A stretch of 64,000 nucleotides of DNA. It comes from a virus. Taxonomy: Duplodnaviria; Caudoviricetes. The position numbers and the translations under genes were made by a program. The stretch is from IMG/VR virus record IMGVR_UViG_3300025011_000016; one strand, given 5' to 3'. Positions 42,101 through 52,691 of the stretch are shown here, piece by piece (the stretch's first letter is position 1; each line of letters opens with the position of its first letter). Below the pieces are notes generated by a model. That model did no database searches. It was not told the origin of the DNA and worked only from the letters and a program-made list of their open reading frames with translations.

Positions 42101-42952
42101 TTAAAATAACAAATATCAGAATGGATTATATCCAGAAGGTATCTACATTTTTAGCTAAAACTTATAAAAACGTTATAGTTGATGAATTTAGTTTTAAGGA
42201 TGTATTAACAGAGTCTGATGGTATTGAGCGTATAAATAGAGGTATACACAGAGTTGGTGCCTTTACATTTACCACAGTGTTAAAATATAAATGCCACTTT
42301 TATGGTAGTGAATATATTTTAGCATTACCTAACAGTACGAACACATGCTCTGTTTGTAATCATAAAGTTAAAACTAAAATGAAGTTATCTCAAAGAGTCT
42401 TTAATTGCCCACAATGTGGACATATAGATGATAGAGATAACAATGCGGCTATTAATATCTATAATACATTTAAACGATCTTTATTAACTAACGTAAATAA
42501 AGATTTCGCCGTTGGTCGGACGGTTCAAAGAACCTAAACGGTTAAGTTATTATGGTATCTAACGAATACCATTAACACGACAGTTATGCCTAAAGAATAA
42601 GATGGGAGGGCTGTTATTAATCCGTGGGATTAAAGAAATAACAGCCGTTAAAATTATTGAGGGCATAAAGTCGAATAAAAAACTTATTGATTTATTACGA
42701 TCCGAGATTAATTTAAGGAGGGATGTAAGACGATATACAATTAAAGTATGTTTTACTAAAGTTAGAGATAAAGATTTTGAGAAATTTCTTGAAAGTAAGA
42801 ATGTATTGGTTCTTGAAAAATATAATAAGGAGGTTGATGTGTTAATCATACCTTATAAAGATATTGATTCAGTCAAAGTTACTACTGCGAAGAAAGATGG
42901 TAAGGATATCGTAACCATCGATGAAGCTTATAAGATGTTTGGTTATAAGTAG
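39187..42952 (+). CDS. ligA: NAD-dependent DNA ligase, 2 exons (~698 aa)
   Basis: Exon 1 39187-40914 has PKWDG, DGVV, AYKF and a C4 zinc finger. Exon 2 42584-42952 has HhH and BRCT-like tail. Junction LID|LCLK is in frame. Confidence 0.9.
40915..42583 (+). mobile_element. IStron-like element 3: group I intron + tnpB
   Basis: Inserted after TAGAT. P1 AGAT/GTCT, core motifs and right end ...TTAACACGACAG. Confidence 0.88.
41296..42537 (+). CDS. tnpB: TnpB, close paralog of 11110..12300
   Basis: Same motifs (GIDLG, CSVC..CPQC, DRDNNAAINI). TTG start after AAGGAGG. The ORF reads into the right-end RNA. Confidence 0.92.
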   Translation: MIKTFKTRIRPTKEQEVYLNKCFGYRRFIYNNALEYFNTILEFNGNNLDKTLKKFFNKFDYITNIYSKKEKEPELEWTREYNKNIKDQVSSDFNIAVNRFFNDIKNKKRCKLHFKRKIHGNGSFRIYNKNKGNVKILDKNIFSFIINREYGHMSLKTYEDISFLYHHDIKTMSIRMKNFKYYVSFTYELDIPKHDHEKDIIGIDLGIHNPVVCFDGKDVIAPKFPKGIIKRLEKKVDKFSTIVSKKKYDKRNPSKNYIKARTKLNDIYIKITNIRMDYIQKVSTFLAKTYKNVIVDEFSFKDVLTESDGIERINRGIHRVGAFTFTTVLKYKCHFYGSEYILALPNSTNTCSVCNHKVKTKMKLSQRVFNCPQCGHIDDRDNNAAINIYNTFKRSLLTNVNKDFAVGRTVQRT

Positions 42953-43027
42953 CATTAATAAGAAATTATTTGCTACCTAACATATTAGTAAGGAAAAAAT
43001 AAAAAGAAGAAATGGGAGGGTTTAAAC

Positions 43028-43393
43028 ATGTCTAATTCAAACGAACAAGACAATTCACGCCTAATCGAAATCCGGGAAAACGTAAAGGAAATCAGCAAAA
43101 TTGCGGATCGGGCCGCCAAGTACCTTGATGAGGAAAACCGTATTACGATTACTCACTCACTGGCGATTCCGACGATCGTGTACGCATTCATGCGAGAAGC
43201 GATCAACTTCCTTACTGAAAATAAGGTGGTTGGTTCAGATATTGAAATTAATTTAATGCAGCTTTTGGATCTTGGTATTTCATACCGCGAAAACGACGAA
43301 GCCGAGAAAGAGGGTAATTTTACTCCTTATGCTCGACCGGGACAGGAATTTAAACTCCTCGTTAAGAGCGATGAAGATACTGAAGAGGCCTAA
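43028..43393 (+). CDS. Possible HU/IHF-like DNA-binding protein
   Basis: C-terminal IEINLMQLLDLGISYRE..PYARPGQEFKLLVK resembles the HU V.L.gFG.F...R..P.F.PGK.LK..VK pattern. The protein is acidic. Confidence 0.4.
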   Translation: MSNSNEQDNSRLIEIRENVKEISKIADRAAKYLDEENRITITHSLAIPTIVYAFMREAINFLTENKVVGSDIEINLMQLLDLGISYRENDEAEKEGNFTPYARPGQEFKLLVKSDEDTEEA

Positions 43394-43525
43394 AACTGGC
43401 AACGACATAGACAATGAGTTATTAACTAACTCATTGTCTATGTCAATTTAATGATACAATTTTTTTATTAATTAAGAGATGTTTTGTAATAGTTTAAACA
43501 TTATAGAGAGTTGGGGGAGTAATTC

Positions 43526-46500
43526 TTGAAGGACTTCATAAAGGATTATAACAACACCAATGAAGAAAATATCAATTTTGATCTAATGACACGATCACAT
43601 GATGCTGATTTAACAGAGTATGTTGTTAATACCTGTAAATCATTAGAAGTTCTTAAATATATTAAATTCATTGGTTATGAATATATAACTGATGAAACGA
43701 AAATAGATATTAATTACTATATGAGTACGAGGAAGAAAAGTAAGAAGAAAAATGAAACAAAGTATATGTACCTGCAAGATAGTCGATATGGTGAAATGCA
43801 TTTAAAGTTTCATTTAAAATGTAAAGATCGATCATTAACTTTTATCAAGAAGATATTATTACCAGTGGCTGATGATAATGATTATTATTTAGTTAAAGGT
43901 AAAAGACATTCATTATTATATCAACTAGTTGATAGTTCAACTTATACAACTAGACAGAATTTAACATTAAAATCATTAAGACCTATTACGATGAAACGAA
44001 CTGAAAGAATATATTCAGATACAGATGGTACTAAACATTCAGCTCCTTCATATGCAATTTATATCTTCAAGAAAGAAGTAGATATATTATTATTCTATTT
44101 TGCAAAGATAGGTGTGTCAAGAACTTTAGAATATTTTTCAGTAAATCATATAATGAAGTTTAAATCAGAAATTGAAGATACTATCAATAATATATATTTC
44201 TCAATTAATAGTAAATTACATGTAGAGATCAATAGACATTTCTTTGATAAATATCCATATGTTAAGAGTATAGTATTTATGATATTGAATATTTGCACTA
44301 ATAGATTAACTGTTGAAGATCTAGAAAATAAATCTTTCTGGATTGAAAAGATAGGCTCTATGAATGCGACTAATGCATATAACTATCTAGAAAAAGGTAC
44401 TAATACTTTAGTATTCTTTGATAGGTTATTAGATGAAACAACTAAGAATATTTTAAAAATTCATGATGAGAATAATAAAAATATATACTCTGTAATTCGT
44501 TGGATTAAATTATAGTCCCATTATAGAGTGATCTATATTGAAAACTTCTTTAATTGTCGGGAAACTCCTTAGTGCTTTATAAAGATAAAGATTGGACAAT
44601 CCGCAGCCAAGATTCTTATAATAGGAATAAGGTTCAACGACTAATTTAGAGCTCAAGTGAGTGAGTTTAATATAACTCTTAAATCGAAATAAGAAGCATC
44701 TTATATAAGATGATGATATAGTCTGTGCTTTATTGAAAGATAAAGAAAGATAACATCTTTACATTATCTAACGAATAATGTTAACACTCAGGTTTCAAAA
44801 CTTTAATGAATTACGTAAGAAAGATAATCTTGATCTTGCCAATAAACGTTTACGATGTAATGAACTCATCGCATCATTATTAACTAAAGCTTTTAGTACT
44901 AGAGTTGATAGAATTATTGGTTTTGGTAATAAAGTTACGTTAGATAACATTAAGGAAATATTCAAATTTCCAGGTGATGTAATAATGCAGCAATTGCATA
45001 AGTCAGGATTATTTAGATATGATATTTTATTGTCCATTATAGTAGTGATATTATAATGAATTTTCTTTAATTGGCGGGGACATTCTTAGGGCTTAAACTA
45101 CTAAAATATATCAGTGATGATATACTAACTAAGAGTAACTAACTTAGTATGAGTAATAATGTTTAAGATTGGACAATCCGCAGCTAAGCATCTTTATATA
45201 AACCCCCATAATTATTAATACGTTATACAATATAAAGGAGAGGTGTGACTGTAATGAAAGGACGATTGGGTGAAAATAAATGTCCCTCTTGTTACGAATA
45301 ATTATTCAATTAATTCTGAGGGATTTATTAGGAATGATAAATTCAATAGAATTTTGACCCGATGGAAAAATAATAGAGGTTATGAAGCTGTGCAATTATC
45401 ATGTATTGATGGTATAACAAGAAGTTTTACAATTCATAGATTGATGGCTCATCATTTTATACCAGGGTTCGACATTTCAGATAGATCCATTGTTGTTCAT
45501 CATAAGGACAGTGTAAATAAAACTAACTCATTAGATCTTCTAACCGTTTGTACTCAAAAAGAAAATATTAAGTATTCTATCGAAGAAGGTAATAAACCAA
45601 ATGGTGAAAAACATCCGATGGGTAAATTTCCAGATGAGCTGGCTAATAAAATAGTTGCCTTATTACAAAAAGAAAAAAGTACCGATGAAATATTTAATAT
45701 ATTAGATTTAGAAGTTAAGAAGAATATGCGTATATTTATAAATGATCTTAGAGCTAAACGAACCCGATTGTATTTAACTGAAGGTTTGGATTTAAAGAAG
45801 CATGTGCAGGAAAAACATGATATAAACTTGGTGAAGAGGGTGATTCGTTATATGAAGATAGGTATGACGGTAGATAATATAATCAATATGATTGGAAAAG
45901 GAAATGCTGGTAGGCATGAAAGGGAGAGATACTCCTCGTTAATACAAAGGATACATGACGGGAAAGCGTGGGGAAGATTATATAAAGATGATAGTTCAAC
46001 GACTAATGATGACTACATGGTTATTAAAATTAAAATGTAGTTATAGATTTACAAGCTAATGGTAAATCGAAATGGGGAACACCTCATATTAAGTTGATAT
46101 GAGATGAAGATATAGTCTGGTATCCTAATATTAAATTAGGGAAGTTCATAAGAGAACTGGGTTTCGTTGCGGAAAACCTGAACCTGGGGATAAAATTAAC
46201 GATCTCGACTTCTTTAGTAAGTTCAAATATACCCTAAATTTTGGGGCGTTATAGAGTGATCTATATAGATAAAATTCTTTAATTGTCGGGGAACTCCTTA
46301 GAACTTCTTAATTGAAGATTGGACAATCCGCAGCCAAGATTGTTGATAAACAATAAGGTTCAACGACTAGAGTATAACTCGTAGATATATAAGTTAATGA
46401 TATATCGAAATAAGTTTAATCTTCTTATAGAAGATTGTGATATAGTCTTGTATCCTATATAACATTAGGGAAGTTCATTTGAGAACTGTATAGAGTTACG

Positions 46501-47746
46501 ATCTATATGAAAGTATACGTAAAGGACCAAATTCCTTGGGTTTTAATAAATAGGCCCATGATCTTTTAATTGCGGGAAACTCCTTAGTACTTCTATATGA
46601 AGATTGGACAATCCGCAGCCAAAATTGTTGATAAACAATAAGGTTCAACGACTAGAGTATAACTCGTAGATATATAAGTTAATGATATATCGAAATATAG
46701 AACTATCGAAAGATAAAGAGATAGTCTGGTATCCTAATTAACATTAGGGAAGTTCACAGGAGAACTGCATTATTTTACGAATAATGTGAACTCATCGAAT
46801 AAAAATGATAATAATATCTCAGTTAAATATCGCGGCATACACCCGAGTTATCTGGCCCGCGTAGATATTAACGTTTGCGGTGAACGTAGAAATATAATTG
46901 CCGCCTTTTCTTTAATTGACGGGAACTCCCTTATAGCTTAAACTACTAATAGTAACAAGTTTAAGATTGGACAATCCGCAGCCAAGATTGTTATAAAACA
47001 ATAAGGTTCAACGACTAGAGTGATAACTCGTAGATTCGAAAGAATTGAAATGGGAAAACGATAGAGTTATTCTATTGAAGATATAGTCTAATATCCTAAT
47101 ATAAGTTAGGGAAGTTCATAAGAGAACTGCATAGATTGATAAACTGTGTGAATAAATGAATTCAGACCCTAGAAATAAATTTGGGGCAATATCGAGTGAT
47201 CGTTATTGTTAAACTACCTTGACTGCGGGAAACTTCTTAGAGCTTTAAATTGATAAAGATTGAACAATCCGCACCCGATATTCTATATAATAGAATAAAG
47301 TTCAACGACTAGAGCATATTTGCTCGTAGATATAAAGTTATATCGAAATTAGTAGAATCTCTTAGGAGATTATGAGATAGTCTGGTATCCTATATAACTA
47401 TAGGGAAGTTCATAAGAGAACTGTACTATTTAACGAATAGTATGAACACACGGGAACTAGTGGTATTATAACACCATTCTGTAAAACTAGTGGATTATTC
47501 TTCGATGGTGCATTTGAACCAGAAAGTTTTAAATATGATTTTGATAAGGAGATAACTGACTTTAGAAAATCAACTAGTAATAACATAATTGTTGATACTC
47601 ACTATGATAATATATCTGAGTATTTTGAAGGTAGAGAACGATTTAAAGAAATGAATAGTCGAATCAAAATATCAGAGATTGAACGAACTGATAATAGTAA
47701 GTATTATATTAAAATTAAGCTTGCTAGTAATACTGATGATATATAA
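43526..47746 (+). CDS. RNA polymerase beta-subunit N-terminal half (probably non-virion RNAP), 7 exons / 6 introns (~556 aa)
   Basis: Exons 43526-44505, 44792-45023, 46189-46235, 46520-46541, 46798-46881, 47159-47170 and 47453-47746 (1671 nt). Restores KFKYT|LKGPNSLG|NKN..RGIHPSYLARVDINVCG|NSDP|GTSG, matching the RpoB fork-loop region. Confidence 0.85.
44506..44791 (+). ncRNA. Group I intron betaN-I1
   Basis: P1 GGAT/GTCC and core motifs. Confidence 0.87.
45024..46188 (+). mobile_element. Group I intron betaN-I2 with HNH ORF
   Basis: P1 GAT/GTC. Q precedes the ORF, R lies inside the ORF 3' end, and S is at 46107. Confidence 0.85.
45270..46040 (+). CDS. Intron-encoded HNH homing endonuclease
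   Basis: IHRLMAHHF..VHHKDSVNKTN..TQKEN. GTG start. Confidence 0.8.
   Translation: MKINVPLVTNNYSINSEGFIRNDKFNRILTRWKNNRGYEAVQLSCIDGITRSFTIHRLMAHHFIPGFDISDRSIVVHHKDSVNKTNSLDLLTVCTQKENIKYSIEEGNKPNGEKHPMGKFPDELANKIVALLQKEKSTDEIFNILDLEVKKNMRIFINDLRAKRTRLYLTEGLDLKKHVQEKHDINLVKRVIRYMKIGMTVDNIINMIGKGNAGRHERERYSSLIQRIHDGKAWGRLYKDDSSTTNDDYMVIKIKM
46236..46519 (+). ncRNA. Group I intron betaN-I3
   Basis: P1 CCCT/GGGG and core motifs. Confidence 0.87.
46542..46797 (+). ncRNA. Group I intron betaN-I4
   Basis: P1 TGGGT/GCCCA and core motifs. Confidence 0.87.
46882..47158 (+). ncRNA. Group I intron betaN-I5
   Basis: P1 GCGGT/GCCGC and core motifs. Confidence 0.87.
47171..47452 (+). ncRNA. Group I intron betaN-I6
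   Basis: P1 CCCT/GGGG and slightly divergent core (GACTGCGGGAAA, AATCCGCACC). Confidence 0.85.
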
Positions 47747-47821
47747 GGAAACTAAAATTTCCATTATATTCCTGCTCTAATAAAATAAAGATAAGGGCTT
47801 AAAAACCCTTATTTTTTTAAA

Positions 47822-47855
47822 TATATATTATATAATGAATCAAGTAAATATATAA
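47822..47855 (+). promoter_or_regulatory. Early-type promoter cassette, copy 1 of a 34-nt exact repeat
   Basis: TATATATTATATAATGAATCAAGTAAATATATAA, identical at 48615-48648. Confidence 0.65.
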
Positions 47856-47870
47856 AGGGGGAATTACATA

Positions 47871-48539
47871 ATGACTGACAAAGAAAAAATTAAACAACAT
47901 CCTGCGTATATCCAGTACATTAAAAACCCTAGTAAAAAACTTCAAAAAATTGCACTTAAGAAAAGTGGAGGTAGTATATTCAAGTATATTAAAAAACCAA
48001 GTAAGAAAATTCAATTTCTTGCAGTTTCATTATTTGATCGTAATATTAAATACATCAAAAATCCGCGTGAAGGATTGCAATTAGCGGCAGTTCAAAATGA
48101 TGGATCGAATATTCAATATATTAAAAATCCGAGTACTATGATTCAACATAAGGCGGTATCTACAAATGGTGACGCTATTAAATATATCAAAAATCCGAGT
48201 GAGGAAATACAATTAGCTGCTATATATGAAAACCCATGGAGTATTAAATATATCAATAACCCCAATAAACGTGTGCAGTTAGCTGCTGTGACGTTAGTTG
48301 GTCATGTAATTCAATACATTAATACAGACCTTGACAAAGACGTGCAGTTAGCTGCAATAAAAGAGAATAAATATGTAAGTAAATATGAACATGAAAACAT
48401 TACCATCGACCCATATGATACGGATGATGGATGTTCTGTGTTGCCATATCGATATATGCGTCGTGATATATTACCATTCGCGTATATTCAAAACCCAGAT
48501 CCTGATGTAATTGACTATATGGTGCGGAATATATTATAA
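47871..48539 (+). CDS. Tandem-repeat protein (~23-aa IxYIKNPSxxxQLAAV repeats, DUF4116-like)
   Basis: About 7 repeat units are visible in the translation. Confidence 0.7.
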   Translation: MTDKEKIKQHPAYIQYIKNPSKKLQKIALKKSGGSIFKYIKKPSKKIQFLAVSLFDRNIKYIKNPREGLQLAAVQNDGSNIQYIKNPSTMIQHKAVSTNGDAIKYIKNPSEEIQLAAIYENPWSIKYINNPNKRVQLAAVTLVGHVIQYINTDLDKDVQLAAIKENKYVSKYEHENITIDPYDTDDGCSVLPYRYMRRDILPFAYIQNPDPDVIDYMVRNIL

Positions 48540-48614
48540 ATATAAAACTAAAAATAGGAATGTTGCATCTTTCAATATTCCTATTTTTTTATTAAACTTA
48601 ATAAAGTATTTAAC

Positions 48615-48648
48615 TATATATTATATAATGAATCAAGTAAATATATAA
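48615..48648 (+). promoter_or_regulatory. Early-type promoter cassette, copy 2
   Basis: Exact duplicate of 47822-47855, followed by GGAGG. Confidence 0.65.
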
Positions 48649-48661
48649 GGAGGTAAATGAC

Positions 48662-49000
48662 ATGACTATTCAAGTATCATATTCCGATGAGTATAAAGGT
48701 ATACATGGGGTTTCAATTGCTACTTATACACCAAGTGGTTTTAATGGTAAAGTTTACAAGAAATTAGCTCCTTCTAAATTATTAGTACATAGATTCAAAA
48801 CTATCACTGATAATACTTTACGTAAGGAAATATATAAAGAAGAGGTTTTGGACAAATTAGATCCATATGAAGTTTTGGATAAACTTGGAGTGAATATAGT
48901 GCTATTGTGTAATAGAGGAAGAGATACGTTTCCTCATCATATCGAAGCCGCTAAATGGCTATCTGAGAAAACTGGTATAGAATTATTGGAGGTTGAATAA
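48662..49000 (+). CDS. DUF488-like protein
   Basis: YKKLAPS..Y..EVL..L..IVLLC..HH..AKWL pattern. Confidence 0.45.
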   Translation: MTIQVSYSDEYKGIHGVSIATYTPSGFNGKVYKKLAPSKLLVHRFKTITDNTLRKEIYKEEVLDKLDPYEVLDKLGVNIVLLCNRGRDTFPHHIEAAKWLSEKTGIELLEVE

Positions 49001-49002
49001 AT

Positions 49003-49524
49003 ATGCTTTTTAATAATGTGCCAAAACAATATTTGATTCTTGAATGTACATTGATCACCGGCGTTAAAGAATATTTCTATATTGAAAACTTAGCTGCAAA
49101 TACTCTTAACTATTTAGACACTAATAGGACACCAGTAAGGTGTTATAAAATTAAAGACCTGTATTTAGGAAATACTGCTCTTATTTTAGAGAACTTAGAT
49201 AAGACTAAGGTTATTAATTTACATATAAATAACCTTTTGACCTATTCAAATATAACTAAGAATATTTTATTAATGAGTTTACGTGAATATAATGAGTTTA
49301 TCACTAAAAATTGTATCACTGATTGTATTCATTGGAAATCACCTCATTGTAAATTAAATATTGAGAATACTGATGATCTAGGAGTGCATTGTAATAATAT
49401 TGCTTTACTACATAATACACCCGATAATGAGAAAGGTGGTATTATAAAAGTATATTCTGTCTGGGATGGAATTAAAATGTTTGTCCACAAACTAATCAAA
49501 ACAATATATAAAGGTGGTGGATAA
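49003..49524 (+). CDS. Hypothetical protein
   Basis: Closely packed operon ORF. Confidence 0.55.
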   Translation: MLFNNVPKQYLILECTLITGVKEYFYIENLAANTLNYLDTNRTPVRCYKIKDLYLGNTALILENLDKTKVINLHINNLLTYSNITKNILLMSLREYNEFITKNCITDCIHWKSPHCKLNIENTDDLGVHCNNIALLHNTPDNEKGGIIKVYSVWDGIKMFVHKLIKTIYKGGG

Positions 49525-49527
49525 ACG

Positions 49528-49749
49528 ATGAAGAAAATGCCAACTATTGTAATTGAATTTAATAAGGATATTATTTTCACATTCAGTAAGTATATTAGTA
49601 ATGATGATATCAGAATATCTACATTAACTCTTATTGGAAAAACTACTGATGGAGATTGTGAATGTATTGTAAACTCCCGTTATATTGTGAAAATTGACCA
49701 TAGAGATATTATGAAGATTACTTATGTGAAGGAGAATGTAAATGTTTAA
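49528..49749 (+). CDS. Hypothetical protein
   Basis: Paralogous to the next ORF (IEFN..I.F..GD..C.VN..Y.V.ID.RDI). Confidence 0.55.
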   Translation: MKKMPTIVIEFNKDIIFTFSKYISNDDIRISTLTLIGKTTDGDCECIVNSRYIVKIDHRDIMKITYVKENVNV

Positions 49750-50023
49750 TCATCAACCTATTAAAATCGAATTTAATGATGAGATACGCTTCACTGAGCT
49801 TTGTGATGGTAATGTTGAAGAGTTACGAACTGCTGAATTGTTGTTGGTTGAAAAAAGTTCATGTGGAGATTTGTTATGTGTAGTTAATGAAGGACAATAT
49901 CTTGTAGATATAGATAGTAGGGATATTAAAAACGTACGATATATTGAAACTTTAAAAAGTTATATTAAGAGAGTGAGCTTAAATCATTTTGATATTGATA
50001 CTTTAGATTGGGATAAGAAATAA
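49742..50023 (+). CDS. Hypothetical protein
   Basis: Overlapping start, paralog of the previous ORF. Confidence 0.55.
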   Translation: MFNHQPIKIEFNDEIRFTELCDGNVEELRTAELLLVEKSSCGDLLCVVNEGQYLVDIDSRDIKNVRYIETLKSYIKRVSLNHFDIDTLDWDKK

Positions 50024-50097
50024 CTACATAATGAACTCATATATAAAGGGAAGAATTTATCTTCCCTTTATATTTTTATTATTAAAGAGGTGATATA

Positions 50098-50829
50098 TTG
50101 ACACAAACAAATGGAGAATTGGAAAAAATAAGCAGGGTTATAATACGACCAACTAAAGAATTATCATTAAGAATGCATGTTAGATTATTAAGAGAAACCG
50201 ATGGGAGAAAAGAAAACTTCCATAAAGTAGTTACATATGGTAGTAAGAACTACCTTAGTTTAGATATTCAAGGATATCTTACTCTTGAACTTAAAAGAGA
50301 TGACTGGTCACCAGATAAATGGCTGAGAATAACTCAAGCTAATATTTTTCATGTCATTAAAGGTTTTAAAGCGATGTTAAACTCTATATATACTGGAGAT
50401 ATATTCGCAGTCACTAAAGGTAAGAAAACGATTATGTATAAGGGCAAAGTTAATGAGCATACCCAAAACTTAAATAATTTGGGTACTAATAATTGGTTAA
50501 GGATTTCACCGGCAATTATATATGATGAAAATGACATATCATATGAAGGAGTGATTCTATATATTAATAAAACTGAAAACTATGTACCATTATCAATTGA
50601 TGAATTTGAATCATTATTATATGCTCTTGAAAAAGTAGATATTTTCTTATATTCACAGGAGATACTGAATTATTTTATGCTTAGTCTAAAAGATCAAAAA
50701 TTAGAAATTCAACCTACATTTAAGAAAGTATTTAATAAATCCGATCATCCTATATTTAATAAGGAAGCTGAAGAAGTTAAAAGTACAATATTCAAAGAAG
50801 AAAGTCCTAAAGAATTCTTTGGTATTTAG
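50098..50829 (+). CDS. Hypothetical protein
   Basis: TTG start after GAGGTG and a clean ORF. Confidence 0.6.
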   Translation: MTQTNGELEKISRVIIRPTKELSLRMHVRLLRETDGRKENFHKVVTYGSKNYLSLDIQGYLTLELKRDDWSPDKWLRITQANIFHVIKGFKAMLNSIYTGDIFAVTKGKKTIMYKGKVNEHTQNLNNLGTNNWLRISPAIIYDENDISYEGVILYINKTENYVPLSIDEFESLLYALEKVDIFLYSQEILNYFMLSLKDQKLEIQPTFKKVFNKSDHPIFNKEAEEVKSTIFKEESPKEFFGI

Positions 50830-50879
50830 AAATATATATTATAATGCTAATATAACAAAATAAAGGAGGTAAAAATACT

Positions 50880-51263
50880 ATGAAACTATTAGATAAATAC
50901 GAGGATATCTCTACATCATTAGAGCATATCGTAAGGAACTTTAGCTTATATCAAATCAAAGATATTAATTTCTACACTGAGCCACAAAAAGATCAAAGGA
51001 TTAAAGACATAATTCTATATATAAAAGGAGTCACTTTGTATGATCCTATCAGTGGAAGAGAGGTTGAGATTGCATGTAAATATGATGGACCTTTCTTAAC
51101 AACCTTTAATATATTCTCAGTTACTATTTCAAACTCATTAGATAGTTCAATTATTACTATATCAACTAATATTGATGCTCTTGAAGAATCTATTGAGCGT
51201 ACCAACATAATTAAGATCATTGGATTGTTAAAAACTAAGCGTAGACAAAGATCGAGTAGATAA
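50880..51263 (+). CDS. Hypothetical protein
   Basis: RBS AAGGAGG, with TATATATTAT at 50833-50842. Confidence 0.6.
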   Translation: MKLLDKYEDISTSLEHIVRNFSLYQIKDINFYTEPQKDQRIKDIILYIKGVTLYDPISGREVEIACKYDGPFLTTFNIFSVTISNSLDSSIITISTNIDALEESIERTNIIKIIGLLKTKRRQRSSR

Positions 51264-51271
51264 AAAGAGGT

Positions 51272-51931
51272 GTGAGGATGAAAGAAGAGAAGATAAGAGT
51301 GTTCATGGGGAGATTGGTATTGACTTCAGGGGATGAATTTCATGAAGTTGAATTATTCTATCCGAGTAAGAAACTTAAGAAAGGTTTCGGTTACATTAAA
51401 GGAAATCTAGTATATATTTTTCATGGTCGGATAGAAAAGTTTAAGAAGAGTAGTCTAAAAGCTGGGGTATATAGTAAAGGTAATGAGTACATATTTATTG
51501 AACCGACTATAGATAAAAGTCTATATTCTCTAGATAACATAATCGAATTGAATCTTGATAAGATATTTAACGAAGTTTCCAAGGATGAGACTAACTTTAT
51601 TTCACCAGAAGATATTGAGGTCATAAATATTAATGCTGAAGTTTATGTACCTACGATAAAGGAAGATGATGATTTTCTAAAGTACATTGTTAAGAGAATA
51701 ATCATTGAGAAAAAAATTAATCTTAAAAACTATAAGGGCAAATTCACCAATCAATATGCCCTTAATAATATGAAATCTGGTTTAAACAAAGAAACCAAAA
51801 TGACAGTAACTAATTTTAAAATCTGGTGTGAAATCCTAGATGTCAAATGGGAAATTATGATTTCTGATAATGGAACTGATAAGTTGAATCCATTATCAGA
51901 TGATATAATAGTTTCTAGTAATCAATTCTAA
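51272..51931 (+). CDS. Hypothetical protein
   Basis: Clean ORF. Confidence 0.6.
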   Translation: MRMKEEKIRVFMGRLVLTSGDEFHEVELFYPSKKLKKGFGYIKGNLVYIFHGRIEKFKKSSLKAGVYSKGNEYIFIEPTIDKSLYSLDNIIELNLDKIFNEVSKDETNFISPEDIEVININAEVYVPTIKEDDDFLKYIVKRIIIEKKINLKNYKGKFTNQYALNNMKSGLNKETKMTVTNFKIWCEILDVKWEIMISDNGTDKLNPLSDDIIVSSNQF

Positions 51932-52178
51932 AATTAGGGAAGGGGTGTTTTTATAGTGTGGCCCAGTTGGTATGAAAATTATTATTCAAGTTCATTCTGT
52001 AGTTGTATGGATATTGATTTTGAAAGTATTCAATATTATTTATTTGAATGGCGTGAATTAACAAGTAAAGTAATTCGATGTTATATAGATAAAGGGGATT
52101 TACGTTCTTCTCATCCACCGTAGTATTTAATCAATTTGATATCTATATAAATTTAAATAAAAGAGGAGAGAGTGTAGG

Positions 52179-52595
52179 ATGAGTGAATTTTGGTTATCTG
52201 AAAAGTCTAAGGAGAAAATCGATAAACACATTATAGATGTCTTTATCGATAGTATTAACTTTGCTATGGATTTGTGCACTATCGATAATCAAGATAGTGA
52301 AGAAAATCCCCTTACCCAGAAACATATCGAATGTATAATTAGGAATAGTAAAACTGTAATTAGTCATTGGTATCCACCAGAGTGTATACATGATGTTGAA
52401 ATAACATTCGTTGGTCGTATGGCTAAAATACAAGTTGATGTTGATTTTGAAGTCATTGAGAAATATTTATTGTCACAGAATAACGGTAAGCCTCCATCGG
52501 GTAGCAGTATAACCCATGAAAATAAACCTAAAAAATCTAAATCAAAACCTAAGAATACTAAACCCATAATTACTAAACCGAATTACTTAAACTAA
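52179..52595 (+). CDS. Hypothetical protein
   Basis: Clean ORF with a K/P-rich tail, followed by a terminator. Confidence 0.55.
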   Translation: MSEFWLSEKSKEKIDKHIIDVFIDSINFAMDLCTIDNQDSEENPLTQKHIECIIRNSKTVISHWYPPECIHDVEITFVGRMAKIQVDVDFEVIEKYLLSQNNGKPPSGSSITHENKPKKSKSKPKNTKPIITKPNYLN

Positions 52596-52691
52596 TAAAA
52601 ATAACGGAGAGAAATCTCCGTTATTTTTTTATAATCACTTTTAAAACAAGAGTTAACAAATTTATAATAGACTTACGAATGGAGTGATTAA

